Assembly (NCBI GenBank): GCA_963817525.1
Contig: CAWFOU010000001.1
Span: forward strand, 800,001 to 864,000
DNA length: 64,000 bases
Source: an uncultured archaeon
GTDB lineage: Archaea > Thermoproteota > Nitrososphaeria > Nitrososphaerales > Gagatemarchaeaceae
Reading direction: 5' to 3'
Shown here: in pieces, positions 35,901 through 46,538 of the stretch
How the letters are laid out: the number at the start of each line of letters is the position of its first letter
Numbering within the stretch: position 1 is the first letter of the stretch
The notes under the pieces: generated by a model
Database searches by the model: none
What the model was told of the DNA's origin: nothing
What the model saw: the letters and a program-made list of their open reading frames with translations, nothing else
Translations under genes and position numbers: made by a program

Positions 35901-38075
35901 CTAGCGGTAGTAGGGGACGGCGACCTTCTCCATCGGCTTGCTCTCCCTGGAGGACCGCACCTTCTTCACCGCGTCCTTGAAGTGGTCGTAGGTCACGATC
36001 GCCTCGTCGAGGTGCTTCTTCGCATCCTCCGGCTTCGGGTACTTTGCCACGTACTCCTGGAGCACCATGGAGACCGCGGTGTTGACCAGGGCCGCGACGT
36101 CCGCGCCGCTGAACCCCTCGGTCATGTCGACCAGCGGCTTGAGGTCCTTCTTGACCTCGTTCTCGATCTGCTTGCCCTCCATGTTTATGGAAAGTATCTG
36201 CTCCCTGGACTCCTTGTCCGGCATGGGTATCGGGATGACCTTGTCGAACCGCCCTGGCCTCACTAGCGCCGGGTCGACCATGTCGATCCTGTTGGTCGCC
36301 GCCAAGACGACGACGCCCTGAAGCTGCTGGATGCCGTCGAGCTCGGTGAGCAGCTGGCTGACCACCCTCTCGGTCACCATGCTGTCGCCTCCCATGCCTC
36401 GGGTCGGCGCCAGCGCGTCGATCTCGTCGAAGAAGATTATGCACGGCGCGGCCTGGCGCGCCCTCCTGAAGACCTCCCTCACACCGCGCTCGGACTCGCC
36501 CACCCACTTGCTCAGCAGCTCTGGCCCCCTCACGCTGATGAAGTTGGCTTCGCTCTCCGTGGCGACCGCCTTTGCGAGCATGGTCTTACCCGTGCCCGAC
36601 GCGCCGTAGAGCAGGATACCCTTTGGCATGTTGTAACCTATCGCCGCGTAGAGGTCGGAGAACTTTAGCGGCCATTCGACGGCTTCCTGGAGCTCCCTCT
36701 TGACGCCATCGAGGCCTCCCAGATCCGCCCACTTTACGTCCGGCGTCTCGAGGTAGACCTCGCGCATCGCGGAGGGCATGACGTCCTTGAGCGCCCCCTC
36801 GAAGTCGGCCATCGTGACTATGAGCTTGTCGAGGATCTCCGGGCTGAGCCTCTCCTCCTCGAGCTTGAGCTCGGGGAGCATCCTGCGGAGCGTCTTCATC
36901 GCGGCCTCCTTGCAGAGGTACTCCGCGTCCGCGCCCACGAACCCGTGGGTGACTGCGGCCAGCTTCTCGAGGTCGACGTCCGGGGTCAGCGGCATGTGCC
37001 TGGTGTGGATCTGAAGTATCTCGTAGCGGCCCTTCTTGTCTGGCACCTTGATCTCGATCTCGCGGTCGAAGCGTCCCGGCCTCCTGAGCGCCGGGTCGAT
37101 GGCGTTGGGCCTGTTGGTCGCCGCGATGACGATGACCTTGCCCCTGGCCTCGAGCCCGTCCATCAGGGAGAGCAGCTGGGATACGACCCTGCGCTCCACC
37201 TCTCCGGTTACCTCCTCCCTCTTGGGGGCGATGGAGTCGATCTCGTCGATGAATATGATGGTCGGCGCCTTTTCCTTTGCCTCCTTGAATATCTCGCGGA
37301 GCCTCGCCTCGGACTCACCGTAGAACTTGCTCATGATCTCGGGGCCCGAGATTGGGATGAAGTGCGCGTTGCTCTCCGTCGCGACCGCCTTTGCGAGCAG
37401 GGTCTTGCCCGTGCCCGGCGGGCCGTACAGGAGGACTCCCTTTGGGGCCTCTACGCCGAGCTTCTCGAATATCTCGGGGTGGCGCAGCGGGAGCTCTATC
37501 ATCTCCCGCACCTTTTGGATCTCGTCCTTGAGGCCGCCGATGTCCTCGTAGGTGACCTGGGGGACGCCGCGCAGCGCCTCTCCCTTTTCCGAGATCACGA
37601 AGACCGTCCGCTGGGTGATCAGCGCGGCCTCGGCCACCGGGCTGACTCCCATGACCTGGAAGGTGAGCCTCCCGCCGAAGTATGGTATCATTACGTTGTC
37701 GCCCTTAGTTACGGGGACGCTCTCGAGGGTGTCCGCTAGGTACCTCTCGTCTATCGGGGGCACCGCCTCCAGCGGGGCCACCACGACCTTCTCAGCCGGC
37801 GGGGCCTTTACCTTCCTGACTATGACCATGTCCCCTATCGCGACGCCCGCGTTGTTGCGTATGAGGCCGTCGATCCTCACTATGCCCCTGCCCTCGTCGG
37901 ACGGGTAGAGCGGTAGGCACTTTGCCACAGTCCGCCTCTTGCCCCTTATCTCGATGACGTCGCCTGTCGAGGCGTCGAGCGCGTCCATGGCGTCGTAGTC
38001 GATCCTCGCCACTCCTCGACCCACGTCCCTGGTGTAAGCTTCCAATACCTTGAGCTGGACTTGCTGCTGACTCAT
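35901..38075 (-). CDS. cdc48: CDC48/VCP AAA+ ATPase
   Basis: Two AAA modules ([16 protein letters not shown]), N-domain, C-terminal YYR (HbYX-type). Confidence 0.96.
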   Translation of the reverse strand: MSQQQVQLKVLEAYTRDVGRGVARIDYDAMDALDASTGDVIEIRGKRRTVAKCLPLYPSDEGRGIVRIDGLIRNNAGVAIGDMVIVRKVKAPPAEKVVVAPLEAVPPIDERYLADTLESVPVTKGDNVMIPYFGGRLTFQVMGVSPVAEAALITQRTVFVISEKGEALRGVPQVTYEDIGGLKDEIQKVREMIELPLRHPEIFEKLGVEAPKGVLLYGPPGTGKTLLAKAVATESNAHFIPISGPEIMSKFYGESEARLREIFKEAKEKAPTIIFIDEIDSIAPKREEVTGEVERRVVSQLLSLMDGLEARGKVIVIAATNRPNAIDPALRRPGRFDREIEIKVPDKKGRYEILQIHTRHMPLTPDVDLEKLAAVTHGFVGADAEYLCKEAAMKTLRRMLPELKLEEERLSPEILDKLIVTMADFEGALKDVMPSAMREVYLETPDVKWADLGGLDGVKRELQEAVEWPLKFSDLYAAIGYNMPKGILLYGASGTGKTMLAKAVATESEANFISVRGPELLSKWVGESERGVREVFRRARQAAPCIIFFDEIDALAPTRGMGGDSMVTERVVSQLLTELDGIQQLQGVVVLAATNRIDMVDPALVRPGRFDKVIPIPMPDKESREQILSINMEGKQIENEVKKDLKPLVDMTEGFSGADVAALVNTAVSMVLQEYVAKYPKPEDAKKHLDEAIVTYDHFKDAVKKVRSSRESKPMEKVAVPYYR

Positions 38076-38236
38076 GCCTCGATCACGTTCGGACAACCTT
38101 GACTCCTCTATATCCCTTATTAGCCTTGTGGATTCTATTAAGTCGTTGGGATAAGATTTCCGAACTCCCCGACTTGCTTGGGCTCGGAGGATCGGAGCCG
38201 GCGGCCTGCCGGGAGCACACACCTTATCTTTGCTTC

Positions 38237-39097
38237 ATGAGGCAGAGTGGTAGCTTGGACCAAGACCACCTGATCATGGTAACCAACGACGACGGGGTGA
38301 CGAGCCCGGGGATAACCGCCCTGGCCGATGCCGTCTCGGAGCTCGGAAGCGTCATGATAATCGGTCCCGAGGGAGAGCAGAGTGCAGCCGGGATGAGCCT
38401 GACCTTCCACCGGCCGCTCCGCGTCACGAAGGTACGGGTCGGTAAGAGGGTCTGCTATGCGGTCTCTGGGAGCCCCGCCGACTCCACGCTGATCGGCCTC
38501 CACAACATCCTCCCAAGGCGTCCCGAAGCGGTCGTCTCCGGCATAAACAAGGGGGAGAACCTCACCCTGCAGGACATCTTCGCGTCCGGAACGGTGGCGG
38601 CGGCGCTCTCCGCCGCGCTCCTGGGGATCCCGGCGATCGCCTTTTCGATGGAGATCCCCCCGAAGAGGACGATAGTCCACGGACGCAGGGACCCGAACTT
38701 CGCAGTCCCAGCCCGGATAGCGGCCGAGATACTCAGGGAGGTGCTCGACAACGGGCTGCCGAGGGGGATAGACATGCTGAACGTCAACTTCCCGTGGGGG
38801 ACCACCCTGGAGACGCGTGTCAAGATCACTTCGCTGGAGACGAGGAAGTGGAGGGACTCGGTCCTCGAGAGGGAGGACCCCCGCGGCAGGCCCTACTATT
38901 GGCTCTGGGGCTCCAGGATGCCGAACTTTCGAAGGGACTCCGACGCCTACGCCATCCACAAGATGGGCGCCATATCCATCTCCCCGCTCTCCCTGGACTT
39001 CACGCCCAAGAGCAGCCCGGAGATCAAGAGATTCGAGTCAAAGGTGGCTTCGCGGCTAAAGAGGACTAATGAAGAATTGAGTAGCAGGCATAAATAG
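38237..39097 (+). CDS. surE: 5'/3'-nucleotidase SurE
   Basis: VTNDDG, GSPAD, VSGIN.GEN, SGTV, DPRGRPYYW. Confidence 0.95.
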   Translation: MRQSGSLDQDHLIMVTNDDGVTSPGITALADAVSELGSVMIIGPEGEQSAAGMSLTFHRPLRVTKVRVGKRVCYAVSGSPADSTLIGLHNILPRRPEAVVSGINKGENLTLQDIFASGTVAAALSAALLGIPAIAFSMEIPPKRTIVHGRRDPNFAVPARIAAEILREVLDNGLPRGIDMLNVNFPWGTTLETRVKITSLETRKWRDSVLEREDPRGRPYYWLWGSRMPNFRRDSDAYAIHKMGAISISPLSLDFTPKSSPEIKRFESKVASRLKRTNEELSSRHK

Positions 39098-39130
39098 AGC
39101 ATAGGAGGTTAAACTCGTAAGGGTGTCCCC

Positions 39131-39736
39131 ATGAAGAAATCAGAGGGCGATGCGCCCAAGCCGGGCGTCAGCGGCGCGCACGCAGAGAGCGAGCCCGGCA
39201 GAGTATCTTCCTTGGAGCGGGCCTTCGGCCTGCCCGTTCCTGCCGTCAGAATCGACGGCGTCGTCGTCCTTCCCCTCTCGAAGCTGCTCAGACTGCTGAT
39301 CCCGCCCCTCCTCATATCTTCGCTCCCGAGGAAAGCGATCGGGTTCTCGTTCCCCCGCGGCGTGGAGGGAAAGCTGGTCGGGGTGGCCCTGATCGGGGGG
39401 ACCGCGGCGATCTCCTTTCTGTTCGACGGCGCCTTTGGGATCTATGCGGCCCTGGCGATGGTCTGGCTCATGGGCGGAACGGGCGTGGTGGTCCTCTACA
39501 ACTCCATGGGACCCGGCCTGGCGTTCGTCAAGCAGATGTGCTCGACCTGCAGGCTCCGCCCGATAATCGAGGAGCACGAGATAATGCACCTCAACGGCGA
39601 GAGGTCTGAGGACGCCGTGTGGGACGCGGCGAGGGCGAAGTACTCGTACGAGAGTCTGGGGCTAGCGACCGACCCCAAGATCCACAGCTTCTGCCCGATT
39701 GCGAAAAGGCTCCGTCCAGTGGACGCTTCGACCTAA
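39131..39736 (+). CDS. Hypothetical membrane protein with CxxC/His/Cys tail
   Basis: About 3 TM segments, then MCSTC, EHEIMH, HSFCP. Confidence 0.7.
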   Translation: MKKSEGDAPKPGVSGAHAESEPGRVSSLERAFGLPVPAVRIDGVVVLPLSKLLRLLIPPLLISSLPRKAIGFSFPRGVEGKLVGVALIGGTAAISFLFDGAFGIYAALAMVWLMGGTGVVVLYNSMGPGLAFVKQMCSTCRLRPIIEEHEIMHLNGERSEDAVWDAARAKYSYESLGLATDPKIHSFCPIAKRLRPVDAST

Positions 39737-39803
39737 AGCTGACTTCCGTCCACTCCTTACGAAAGGCTGAAAGAGACCTCGTCGTGAAAGGACTTCTTCG
39801 CGC

Positions 39804-41633
39804 ATGGTTCACAGGGTAGCCGGACTTGACGAAAATCTCTGCCACTCGGACAAGTGCGGGCTGGAGTGCATTAAGGACTGCCCCGTGAACATCAACGGGG
39901 ACGAGTGCATTGTCCTAGGCGACACAAAGGAGAAGCTCGCGGTCATCTCGGAGGAGCTGTGCATAGGCTGCGGGATATGCGTGAAGGTCTGCCCCTTCGA
40001 GGCTATCACAATCCTGAACCTGAGCGAGGAGCTGCAGGAGGAGAAGATACACCAGTACGGTGTGAACACCTTCAGGCTGTACCGCCTCCCCACCCCCAGG
40101 AAGGGGCAGGTAGTGGGCCTCGTGGGGAGGAACGGGACCGGCAAGTCCACCGCGCTTCAGATACTCTCTGGGCAGCTCGTCCCCAACCTCGGCGACTATG
40201 AGCACCCGGCCACGTGGGCGCGGATCTTAAAGTATCTGAGCGGGAAGGAGCTCAAGGAGCATTTTGAGAAGGTGGAGAGGGGCGAGGTGCGGATCTCTCT
40301 CAAGCCCCAGGCGGTCTACCGCCTCCCCGAGGTCTGGAAGAAGGACGTGGCCTCCCTCCTCACCAAGATGGATGAGACGGGCGAGATGGACGCCGTCGTG
40401 GAGGCGCTCGGGCTGGGGGAGGCGTTGCGGAAGAACGTGGGCGAGCTCAGCGGGGGCGAGCTCCAGAGGGTTGCGGTCGCGGTGGCCTCGCTCAAGGACG
40501 CAGACATGTACCTGTTCGACGAGCCCTCGTCCTACAACGACGTCTACCAGAGGCTCGCGGTCTCCAAGCTCATCAGGTCGATAGCCGAGAAGGGCAAGTA
40601 CGTCCTCCTCGTGGAGCACGACATCACCTTCCTCGACTACGCCAGCGACTATGTGCAGATCGTCTACGGGGAGCCGGGGGTCTACGGCATCGTCTCCTCG
40701 CTCTACCCCTCCAGGAGCGGAATCAACGCACTCCTCGAGGGGTTCCTCCCGAACGAGAACACGAGGTTCAGGGACAAGGCCGTCACGTTCGATATCACCA
40801 CGAGCGTCGAGACGGTCCAGTCGCAGGAGGTCATCGCGAGGTACGGCCGCCTGACCAAGAAGTTCCCCGGGTTCGAGCTCGACGTCCAGGCGGGGGAGAT
40901 GACCGCCGGGACGATCTTCGGGGCGATAGGCGCGAACGCCCTCGGTAAGACCACATTCCTTCGCATGCTCGCGGGCGAGGAGAAGCCCGACACGGGGCAC
41001 GTCAGCGTGGGGGTGAAGATTGCGCTCAAGCCCCAGTACCTCAAGGCGGACTACTCGGGGACCGTCCTTGACTTCATCACCGAGAAGGTTGGCAAGGGGT
41101 ACGACGACACGAACCTGCAGGCCCACCTAGCGGGGCCTCTCAAGATCGAGAAGCTCTTCCCGAGGAACGTGTCAGACCTCAGCGGCGGGGAGCTCCAGAA
41201 GCTCGCCATAGTCTCGACCTTCGCCGCGGAGGCCGACCTCTACGCCCTCGACGAGCCCTCCGCGTTCGTCGACGTGGAGGATAGGTTCGTGATAGCCAAG
41301 GCGATGGGCAGGCTGGTCAAGGCGAGGGGCAAGTCCGCGGTGATAATCGACCACGACATCCAGCTCCTCGACCTCATATCCGACAGGATGATGGTGTTCA
41401 CCGGGGAGCCCGGGCTCAAAGGGGAGGCCACGCCGCCCCTGGGCAAGGAGGAGGGGATGAACAGGTTCCTCGGGGAGATAGGCCTCACCTACAGGAGGGA
41501 CGTCAAGAGCGGGAGGCCGAGGGTGAACAAACCCGGCAGCAAGAGGGACAGGGAGCAGAAGGAGAGGGGCCAGTACTACTACGCCGCTAGGGCGGGGCAG
41601 CCCGAGGGAGAGGAAGAGGAGGAGAGGGAGTGA
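39804..41633 (+). CDS. rli: ABCE1/RLI ribosome-recycling ATPase
   Basis: Two Fe-S Cys clusters, two ABC domains with LSGGELQ, C-terminal RPRVNK. Confidence 0.96.
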   Translation: MVHRVAGLDENLCHSDKCGLECIKDCPVNINGDECIVLGDTKEKLAVISEELCIGCGICVKVCPFEAITILNLSEELQEEKIHQYGVNTFRLYRLPTPRKGQVVGLVGRNGTGKSTALQILSGQLVPNLGDYEHPATWARILKYLSGKELKEHFEKVERGEVRISLKPQAVYRLPEVWKKDVASLLTKMDETGEMDAVVEALGLGEALRKNVGELSGGELQRVAVAVASLKDADMYLFDEPSSYNDVYQRLAVSKLIRSIAEKGKYVLLVEHDITFLDYASDYVQIVYGEPGVYGIVSSLYPSRSGINALLEGFLPNENTRFRDKAVTFDITTSVETVQSQEVIARYGRLTKKFPGFELDVQAGEMTAGTIFGAIGANALGKTTFLRMLAGEEKPDTGHVSVGVKIALKPQYLKADYSGTVLDFITEKVGKGYDDTNLQAHLAGPLKIEKLFPRNVSDLSGGELQKLAIVSTFAAEADLYALDEPSAFVDVEDRFVIAKAMGRLVKARGKSAVIIDHDIQLLDLISDRMMVFTGEPGLKGEATPPLGKEEGMNRFLGEIGLTYRRDVKSGRPRVNKPGSKRDREQKERGQYYYAARAGQPEGEEEEERE

Positions 41634-42433
41634 CGATGAGGCTCAAGTCCGGGGAGCCCGCCTCGCTCGAGAGCGGGATAGACGTGATAGGGGACATCGC
41701 GATAGTGAAGCTCCGCCCCGGGACCGAGGGTAAGGAGGCAGGGTTCGCCGAGGGCATCCTCTCCGAGATGAAGAGCGTGAAGTGCGTATACGGCCAGGAG
41801 GGAGGGATCGAGGGCGACTTCCGGCTGCGCAAGCTCCGCCACCTGGCGGGGGAGGAGCGGACGACCACCCTTCACAAGGAGAACGGGATAAGGCTGAAGC
41901 TTGACGTCGAGACGTGCTACTTCTCCCCCCGTCTCTCGACCGAGAGGCTCAGGATAGCCAAGCAGGTGGGGGAGGGGGAGAAGGTGCTCAACATGTTCGC
42001 CGGGGTCGGCCCTTACTCCGTACTCATCGCGAAGCGGACGAGGGTCTGGAGCTGCGAGCTCAACGACGCCGCGTTCAGGTTCCACCTGGAGAACAACCGG
42101 CTCAACAAGGTCGAGGACCGCGTGGAGATGATAGAGGGGGATGCGATGCTCCTCCCGTCGGAGCTCGAGGGCAAGGGGCCATTCGACAGGATACTCATGC
42201 CCCACCCGTCCCAGGCGAACCTGTTCCTCCCAGCAGCGCTCTCCATGCTCGCGCCGGGCGGCGTGGTCCACTACTACAGGCACGTCTCGGGAGAGGACGT
42301 GGCCGAGGCCGAGCGCAGCCTGAAGGGAGAGCTAGACAGCATAGCGCCTGGGCTCCGAGTGGCCTCCGTGAGGAGGGTGAGGGTGATCGGGCCTAGGTAC
42401 ATCGAGCTCGTCGCGGACCTGAGGCTGCCCTAG
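41630..42433 (+). CDS. Trm5/Taw2-family SAM-dependent tRNA-modifying enzyme
   Basis: IGDIAI, HKENG, YFSPRLSTER, NMFAGVGPY, FDRILMPHP. Confidence 0.88.
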   Translation: MTMRLKSGEPASLESGIDVIGDIAIVKLRPGTEGKEAGFAEGILSEMKSVKCVYGQEGGIEGDFRLRKLRHLAGEERTTTLHKENGIRLKLDVETCYFSPRLSTERLRIAKQVGEGEKVLNMFAGVGPYSVLIAKRTRVWSCELNDAAFRFHLENNRLNKVEDRVEMIEGDAMLLPSELEGKGPFDRILMPHPSQANLFLPAALSMLAPGGVVHYYRHVSGEDVAEAERSLKGELDSIAPGLRVASVRRVRVIGPRYIELVADLRLP

Positions 42434-42439
42434 CATGGC

Positions 42440-43009
42440 TCAAGCCCTGGCGACGGGTGCGCACCGGGCGAGGAGCTTCGCGACGCGGACGGGCTCAGGG
42501 ACTCCACCCTGCAGGGTGAACGCATCCAGGACGCTCGTCGCGTCGGAGTCGTCTATGCCTGCGTTGCGCAAGTAGAGCCTGTGGCCGGTGCGCAGGAGCA
42601 CCGAGGTGCGGGGGCCGAGCCTCCTGTACTCCTCGAGGCGCTCCTCAGGGTGGCGGAAGTTCCGTGCTATGGCGTCCTCGATCCCCTTCGACTCGTTGTA
42701 GGTCAGGCACACCACCGGGAGGCTGGTCTTGCGGGCGACCTCGTCGATGTCGATGATGTTGTAGCGGCTGATGACGCAGCCGGCGAGCATCAGGAGGTTG
42801 ATGTCCTCCCGCCTGAGCCTTCGATACATCCTGAGGACCGTGGCCGTGGCGTCGTCTCCCCCGACAGTCGCAGCGCCCAGGACGAACCCGTCGACCACCA
42901 GGTCGGTGCGCATCACCACCCCTGCCAGCGTCGACTTCTTCGCGGACGGGCGGAAGCTCTCAGCGACCCCCATCGCCCTGATGGCCTTCTTGCCGGGGTG
43001 CAGGACCAT
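42440..43009 (-). CDS. DUF99 family (endonuclease V-like) protein
   Basis: GVAESF, GVVMR.D..VDG, TVGGDDAT, YNIID, PEPVRVA. Confidence 0.88.
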   Translation of the reverse strand: MVLHPGKKAIRAMGVAESFRPSAKKSTLAGVVMRTDLVVDGFVLGAATVGGDDATATVLRMYRRLRREDINLLMLAGCVISRYNIIDIDEVARKTSLPVVCLTYNESKGIEDAIARNFRHPEERLEEYRRLGPRTSVLLRTGHRLYLRNAGIDDSDATSVLDAFTLQGGVPEPVRVAKLLARCAPVARA

Positions 43010-43074
43010 GTTGCTAGGGTCGCTCTGCCGAGGCTGAACTTAGCTTTAATACCGCTCGGCAATCCGAAGGAGAC

Positions 43075-43139
43075 GGCGTCTATGAAGTAACAGAGTTACG
43101 GATACAACATATGACCTGAAGGCATTTGACTGAGACGCC
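43075..43139 (+). ncRNA. Box C/D methylation-guide sRNA
   Basis: Terminal stem GGCGTC/GACGCC; C ATGAAGT, D' CGGA, C' ATGACCT, D CTGA; guides 10 and 12 nt; TTTAATA at 43045-43051. Confidence 0.8.
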
Positions 43140-43155
43140 AACGCAATCCCCTCAC

Positions 43156-43743
43156 CTACCCCTCCACAAAGCGGAGGCCCTGGTCGAACCTGCTGACAGA
43201 AGCGAGGAACTCCCTCAAGGCCCGGAGCGGGACGACGGGGACGCCCTCCACGACTTTGACCTGGTTGTCGACCATGGTGAGGAGCACGGGCAGGAACGTC
43301 CTTCCGAGTCCGGTGAGCGTCCCCCCGGCGCAGACATTGGTCCTCTCGATCTGCGCCACCGCTGCCGCCTCGAGGCCCGCGGCGCTCGCCGCCCTCCGCC
43401 AGTGCTTGCAGTCCACCGAGAGGACTAGCGAGGGGGACTCTGCGATTATGTCGATCTGCCGCGTCGGCTTGCGCAGCCTCACGTTCATCCTGACCGCGTA
43501 TCCCGCCGCGGAGATCGCGAGAGCGCAGTACTCCTCGAACTCTTTCCAAGTGAGCGACCTGACGACCTGATCGAGGTCCACCCCCAGTCGGGTGAGCGCC
43601 AAGGCCGCGGAAACCCGTCGCGGGGCGGTGGCGGGGACTCCGAGCTCCTCGGCGACGCTCGCGATCACACGGTCAGCCGCTCGGGCCGAGCCAAGCTTCG
43701 CGACGAGAAGGCCCACCGGTTCGGCGGGCCCAGGGATGGGCAA
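43156..43743 (-). CDS. PD-(D/E)xK restriction-endonuclease-like (Mrr/NERD-type) protein
   Basis: WKEFEE, QIDIIA, VDCKHW. Confidence 0.82.
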   Translation of the reverse strand: MPIPGPAEPVGLLVAKLGSARAADRVIASVAEELGVPATAPRRVSAALALTRLGVDLDQVVRSLTWKEFEEYCALAISAAGYAVRMNVRLRKPTRQIDIIAESPSLVLSVDCKHWRRAASAAGLEAAAVAQIERTNVCAGGTLTGLGRTFLPVLLTMVDNQVKVVEGVPVVPLRALREFLASVSRFDQGLRFVEG

Positions 43744-43825
43744 GTCGAGGGTGCGCGCCGAATAAGCCGGGAGCGGGGCGCGCCGCCGCTTTTGCGGCGG
43801 CCTTGCCAGATTTCCCGCGCGTCCC

Positions 43826-46483
43826 TTAGCGCTTGCGTCTCGTGAAGGCGAAGGCGATCACGATTATGACCACGACAACCACGCCCGCGAGTATGTAGTA
43901 GTCCGTGTTGCTCGACGAGGACGTAGTGGAGGTCGACGAGGCCATGCTCGTGCTAGAGCTGGCCGTGCTCGTCGCCGTGGCTGATGTAACCTGCACGGTC
44001 TGCGTAAGCGGGTTGTAGAGCGTCGAGGCCGGCGTGGACGTCCAGAGAGAGACGGAGTACGAGCCAGGCGTGAGCGTGGTCGGGACGTTGAACGTCACCT
44101 GGCCCGCGGAGTTGCTGGTGGCGTTCGTCTGATAGGCGATCGTCCCGTTGGCGATGAACTGGATCGTCACCGTGGCGTTGGCGGCCGCGGAGGTCGTCTT
44201 CGTGCCCTCGGCGGTCTGGAGCGCGGTCACGGTGATCGCCTGTCCCCGGTCGAGGATGCCAGGTATCGTGGCCTGCTGCGAGACCAAGACCGGTGCCAGG
44301 CCCAGCTGTGGCGCCATGTAGTCGCCCCACTGGTACGCCGGGTTCTTGGTAAGGATGGCGTATGCCGGAGAGGTGGACGCGGAGTACGACGACAGGATGA
44401 ACGGGCCGTTCCCGATTATCCCGGTCCCGTACTGTCCCATGAAGGTCAGCGCGGCGCTGTAGCCCGCGGCCGCGGAGGTGGTGTTGACCAGGCTGACTCC
44501 CGTCAGCGACTGGAGCGAGGCGAACTCGGGCGGGATGTATGCGCCGGTCAAGTCGGAGGTCATCGCCGTCTTCAGGTTGGCCACGTCGGTCGGGCTGACG
44601 AGGGAGAGCCACGGCAGGTTCTTGGTGCCGGCCGCCGAGGTCGACCAGGCGTCCTTGCCTGAGGAGACGAGGTTGGCCATGCCCACGTACATCTGCCAGG
44701 GGAGCATCCCCTGCGCGCCCGTGGTGGGCGTGAAGGCGAAGAGGGCCCCTGCGGCGTTCTCGCCGGCGAAGTACTGGTCAGGGTAGTAGAAGGTCGAGTA
44801 CACCTCCACGGAGGTCGAGTTCAGGATCTGCAGGCCTACAAGGGTCTGCCAGCTAGGCCCGAAGACCGCGGCGGAGTAGCCGTCGTAGACGCTGCTGTTC
44901 GTGTTCTGGGTCACCTCGCCGGCGAGGATGTACTGGTAGAGGATGTCTGCCAGGGTCAGATGCTGTCCGTCCTGCCAGGACTCTGACAGCAGGGGGCCAA
45001 AGTTGGCGACCACAGCGGACTTTGCCATCGTGCCAGAGGGCACGTTGACGAAAGAGTCAGAGGTCGCGTTCATCACGACCGCGTTCGCGGGTACCGCATA
45101 GCTGGGCGTCGGGTCATCCGCCAAGACGTTGAAGCTCCAGCCGACCGGGTAGAGATAACCAGTTGAAGGTTGGTAGAAGACCGGGGGGTTCTGGACCGCC
45201 TCGGACCAGGCGACGCTGTAGGAGTCGGCGTATCCTCCGACCGGGTTGAGGGAGGACTGGGCTACGTGTCTGACGCCGATGTCGGCGGTGCCCGAGGCCG
45301 TGTTCATCGTCAGGAACGAGAGCGCGTTGAGGATCGGGTCGTCCACGAAGTTGGTGGTGACTCCGCTCAAGGAGGTGGAGGCATCGTACGGCTCTAGTGA
45401 GGTCGCAATGCCGATGACCACCGCCGCCTTTACGCCGGCTGACACAAGGGCGTTCAGGTCTGCGTCCCTCTGCGCGAAGCTCGAGAAGTTGGTGTTGAAG
45501 AAGTCGATCGTGTACTGGTCGGCGGTGTTCAGGAGGGCGACAGTCGAGGGCTGCTCGTAGGAGGTGTCGTTGAACGTCCCGAAGGCGAGACCTGTGTTGT
45601 CGCTCGCCGGGAGGGCTCCCGCGACAGGGCCGTAGAGCTCCGCAAAGCCCTCGTCGTAGTAGCTGTAGACGTCACCGTAGCTCGCAGGATAGATGTCCCA
45701 CGTCGCGTTGACCGGGTCGGTCCCGTACACCGCGGTCTCAACAGTAGCGAGGGTGCCAGATATCTGGTTCACCGCGAAGCCCACCTTCTGGAGCTGGCTC
45801 GCGAGGTAGCCTGCGTAGGCGTTCCTTATGGGGTCGTCCGTCCTGTCAAAGAGCCCGATCGTTATCGGGTTGCCGTGGTAATACCACTGGGGTGTGGAAG
45901 CGTACTTGAAGGTCGCGCCGTTGGCGATGAGCGTGCTGTAGATGCTCGCGTTGGCTAGCGAGATGGAGTCCGTGATGTTCGAGAACGGCGCGGTCGCCGT
46001 GGAAGTCGCCAGCTGGTCTGGCTCCCCTCCGAACACCGAGACGGTGGGGATGGCGTTGCCTCCGAGCAAGCTCCCTACGAAGTAGTCCCTGCCGACCAGG
46101 TAGTTGAGCGCGAACCTGACCGGCTGGAACTGGAACGGGTTGAAGCCGGTGGTGGTGTTCGTCGGGTTGACCTCAAGGCCGTACCACGAGGCAGGGGCCT
46201 CGTATTGGTCGAAGCCGGTCGAGGGGACCGTGGTAGCCTCGGTCGGGGTCACCGCAAAGTCGTAGGCCTGAATCTTGCCCGCGACGAGGTCGGAGACGCC
46301 CGACGAGTCGGAGCCCGCGTAGTCCGTTAGCGTGATCTGCTTCAGCGAAGGGGAGGCAGGGATGCTGCTGCCGGTCTGCACGCTCTGGGCCCTTGCCAAG
46401 GGCAGGGCCACTAGGGAGGACAGAGCGAGGACACACATTATGGCTACGGAGGCCGCAAGTTTGTGCTTCGACCCGAACATCAT
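43826..46483 (-). CDS. Oligopeptide ABC transporter substrate-binding protein (family 5)
   Basis: FNPF....VRFALNYLVGR, SLNPVGGY.D, WQDG..LTLADI, IGNGPF.L; C-terminal TM. Confidence 0.9.
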   Translation of the reverse strand: MMFGSKHKLAASVAIMCVLALSSLVALPLARAQSVQTGSSIPASPSLKQITLTDYAGSDSSGVSDLVAGKIQAYDFAVTPTEATTVPSTGFDQYEAPASWYGLEVNPTNTTTGFNPFQFQPVRFALNYLVGRDYFVGSLLGGNAIPTVSVFGGEPDQLATSTATAPFSNITDSISLANASIYSTLIANGATFKYASTPQWYYHGNPITIGLFDRTDDPIRNAYAGYLASQLQKVGFAVNQISGTLATVETAVYGTDPVNATWDIYPASYGDVYSYYDEGFAELYGPVAGALPASDNTGLAFGTFNDTSYEQPSTVALLNTADQYTIDFFNTNFSSFAQRDADLNALVSAGVKAAVVIGIATSLEPYDASTSLSGVTTNFVDDPILNALSFLTMNTASGTADIGVRHVAQSSLNPVGGYADSYSVAWSEAVQNPPVFYQPSTGYLYPVGWSFNVLADDPTPSYAVPANAVVMNATSDSFVNVPSGTMAKSAVVANFGPLLSESWQDGQHLTLADILYQYILAGEVTQNTNSSVYDGYSAAVFGPSWQTLVGLQILNSTSVEVYSTFYYPDQYFAGENAAGALFAFTPTTGAQGMLPWQMYVGMANLVSSGKDAWSTSAAGTKNLPWLSLVSPTDVANLKTAMTSDLTGAYIPPEFASLQSLTGVSLVNTTSAAAGYSAALTFMGQYGTGIIGNGPFILSSYSASTSPAYAILTKNPAYQWGDYMAPQLGLAPVLVSQQATIPGILDRGQAITVTALQTAEGTKTTSAAANATVTIQFIANGTIAYQTNATSNSAGQVTFNVPTTLTPGSYSVSLWTSTPASTLYNPLTQTVQVTSATATSTASSSTSMASSTSTTSSSSNTDYYILAGVVVVVIIVIAFAFTRRKR

Positions 46484-46538
46484 GATATGAAAGACAATAA
46501 TCGGCTCTTGCGGTATATAACAGTTGTCCGATGCGCTA

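Noticed and set aside
39748-39794. Hammerhead-like three-way junction (GTCC/GGAC, CCTT/AAGG, CTGAAAGA, GAAA) upstream of rli
   Set aside because: Core deviates at three places: extra base in CUGANGA, GT inserted before GAAA, and no NUH triplet.
43156-43743. Restriction-modification or defence system
   Set aside because: Solitary nuclease-fold gene among housekeeping genes, with no methyltransferase and host-like composition.
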